Source: Camelus ferus (Eukaryota). Taken from it: a stretch of DNA of 64,000 nt. The notes below the pieces were generated by a model. The model did not search any database. It was not told the origin of the DNA and saw only the letters and a list, made by a program, of their open reading frames with translations. Below are positions 63,747 through 64,000 of the stretch, in pieces. The translations under genes and the position numbers were made by a program. The stretch lies in NCBI RefSeq assembly GCF_009834535.1, contig NC_045697.1, positions 104,968,001 through 105,032,000 on the forward strand, in the 5' to 3' direction. Position 1 is the stretch's first letter. Each line of letters opens with the position of its first letter.

Positions 63747-64000
63747 AAAAGTAATACTTTCTTCTACTGCTTTTTGACAAAATGTAAGTATTATATTCTA
63801 AAGAATTCAATAGTTAAGAAAAAATTTTTGATCCTTGTTACCAAAAAAACAAAATAAACCCCAAATTCTAAAAAGTAGGGGGGAGATGGTTTATAGAAGG
63901 AAGCTCATGTTTACAATTTCCTGTGTTGAAAAGAAAGATTTGGGTGGTTTACTTATGGGAGACACCTGTGAGACATGCCATCCTCTGGCCCTTGCTGGCC

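Noticed and set aside
1..64000. Prokaryotic-type systems (operons, CRISPR arrays, defence islands) or endogenous viral coding regions
   Set aside because: The sequence is mammalian intron; I see no repeat-spacer arrays, long gene-dense ORFs, or gag/pol/env or non-retroviral viral peptides.

Overview
Mammalian genomic DNA, not prokaryotic, so the ORF track is almost entirely noise. The repeat content points to a camelid (alpaca, llama or camel): tRNA-derived SINEs beginning GGGGAGGGTATAGCTCAGTGGTAGAG and many cetartiodactyl-type L1 3' ends. The window lies inside the 3' half of ARHGAP10 (GRAF2/PSGAP, BAR-PH-RhoGAP-SH3) on the + strand. It holds two coding exons, 23938-24088 and 50560-50719, which splice in frame and encode the Ser/Pro-rich linker between the RhoGAP and SH3 domains. 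Everything else is intron with interspersed repeats: a ~5.3 kb decayed antisense L1, many short L1 3' ends with target-site duplications (TSDs), SINEs, MaLR/ERVL LTRs, hAT DNA transposons, MIR and L2. I find no convincing novel protein-coding system. The most notable observations are: (1) a ~600 bp TSD-flanked, polyadenylated, mostly non-L1 retro-insertion nested in the L1 ORF1; (2) a well-formed candidate antisense exon at 16530-16757; (3) a candidate poison or terminal exon at 15094; (4) two twin-primed inverted L1 insertions; and (5) clustering of L1 5'-truncation points. Gene and repeat-family names come from recall, not a database search, and repeat boundaries are approximate unless a TSD is given.
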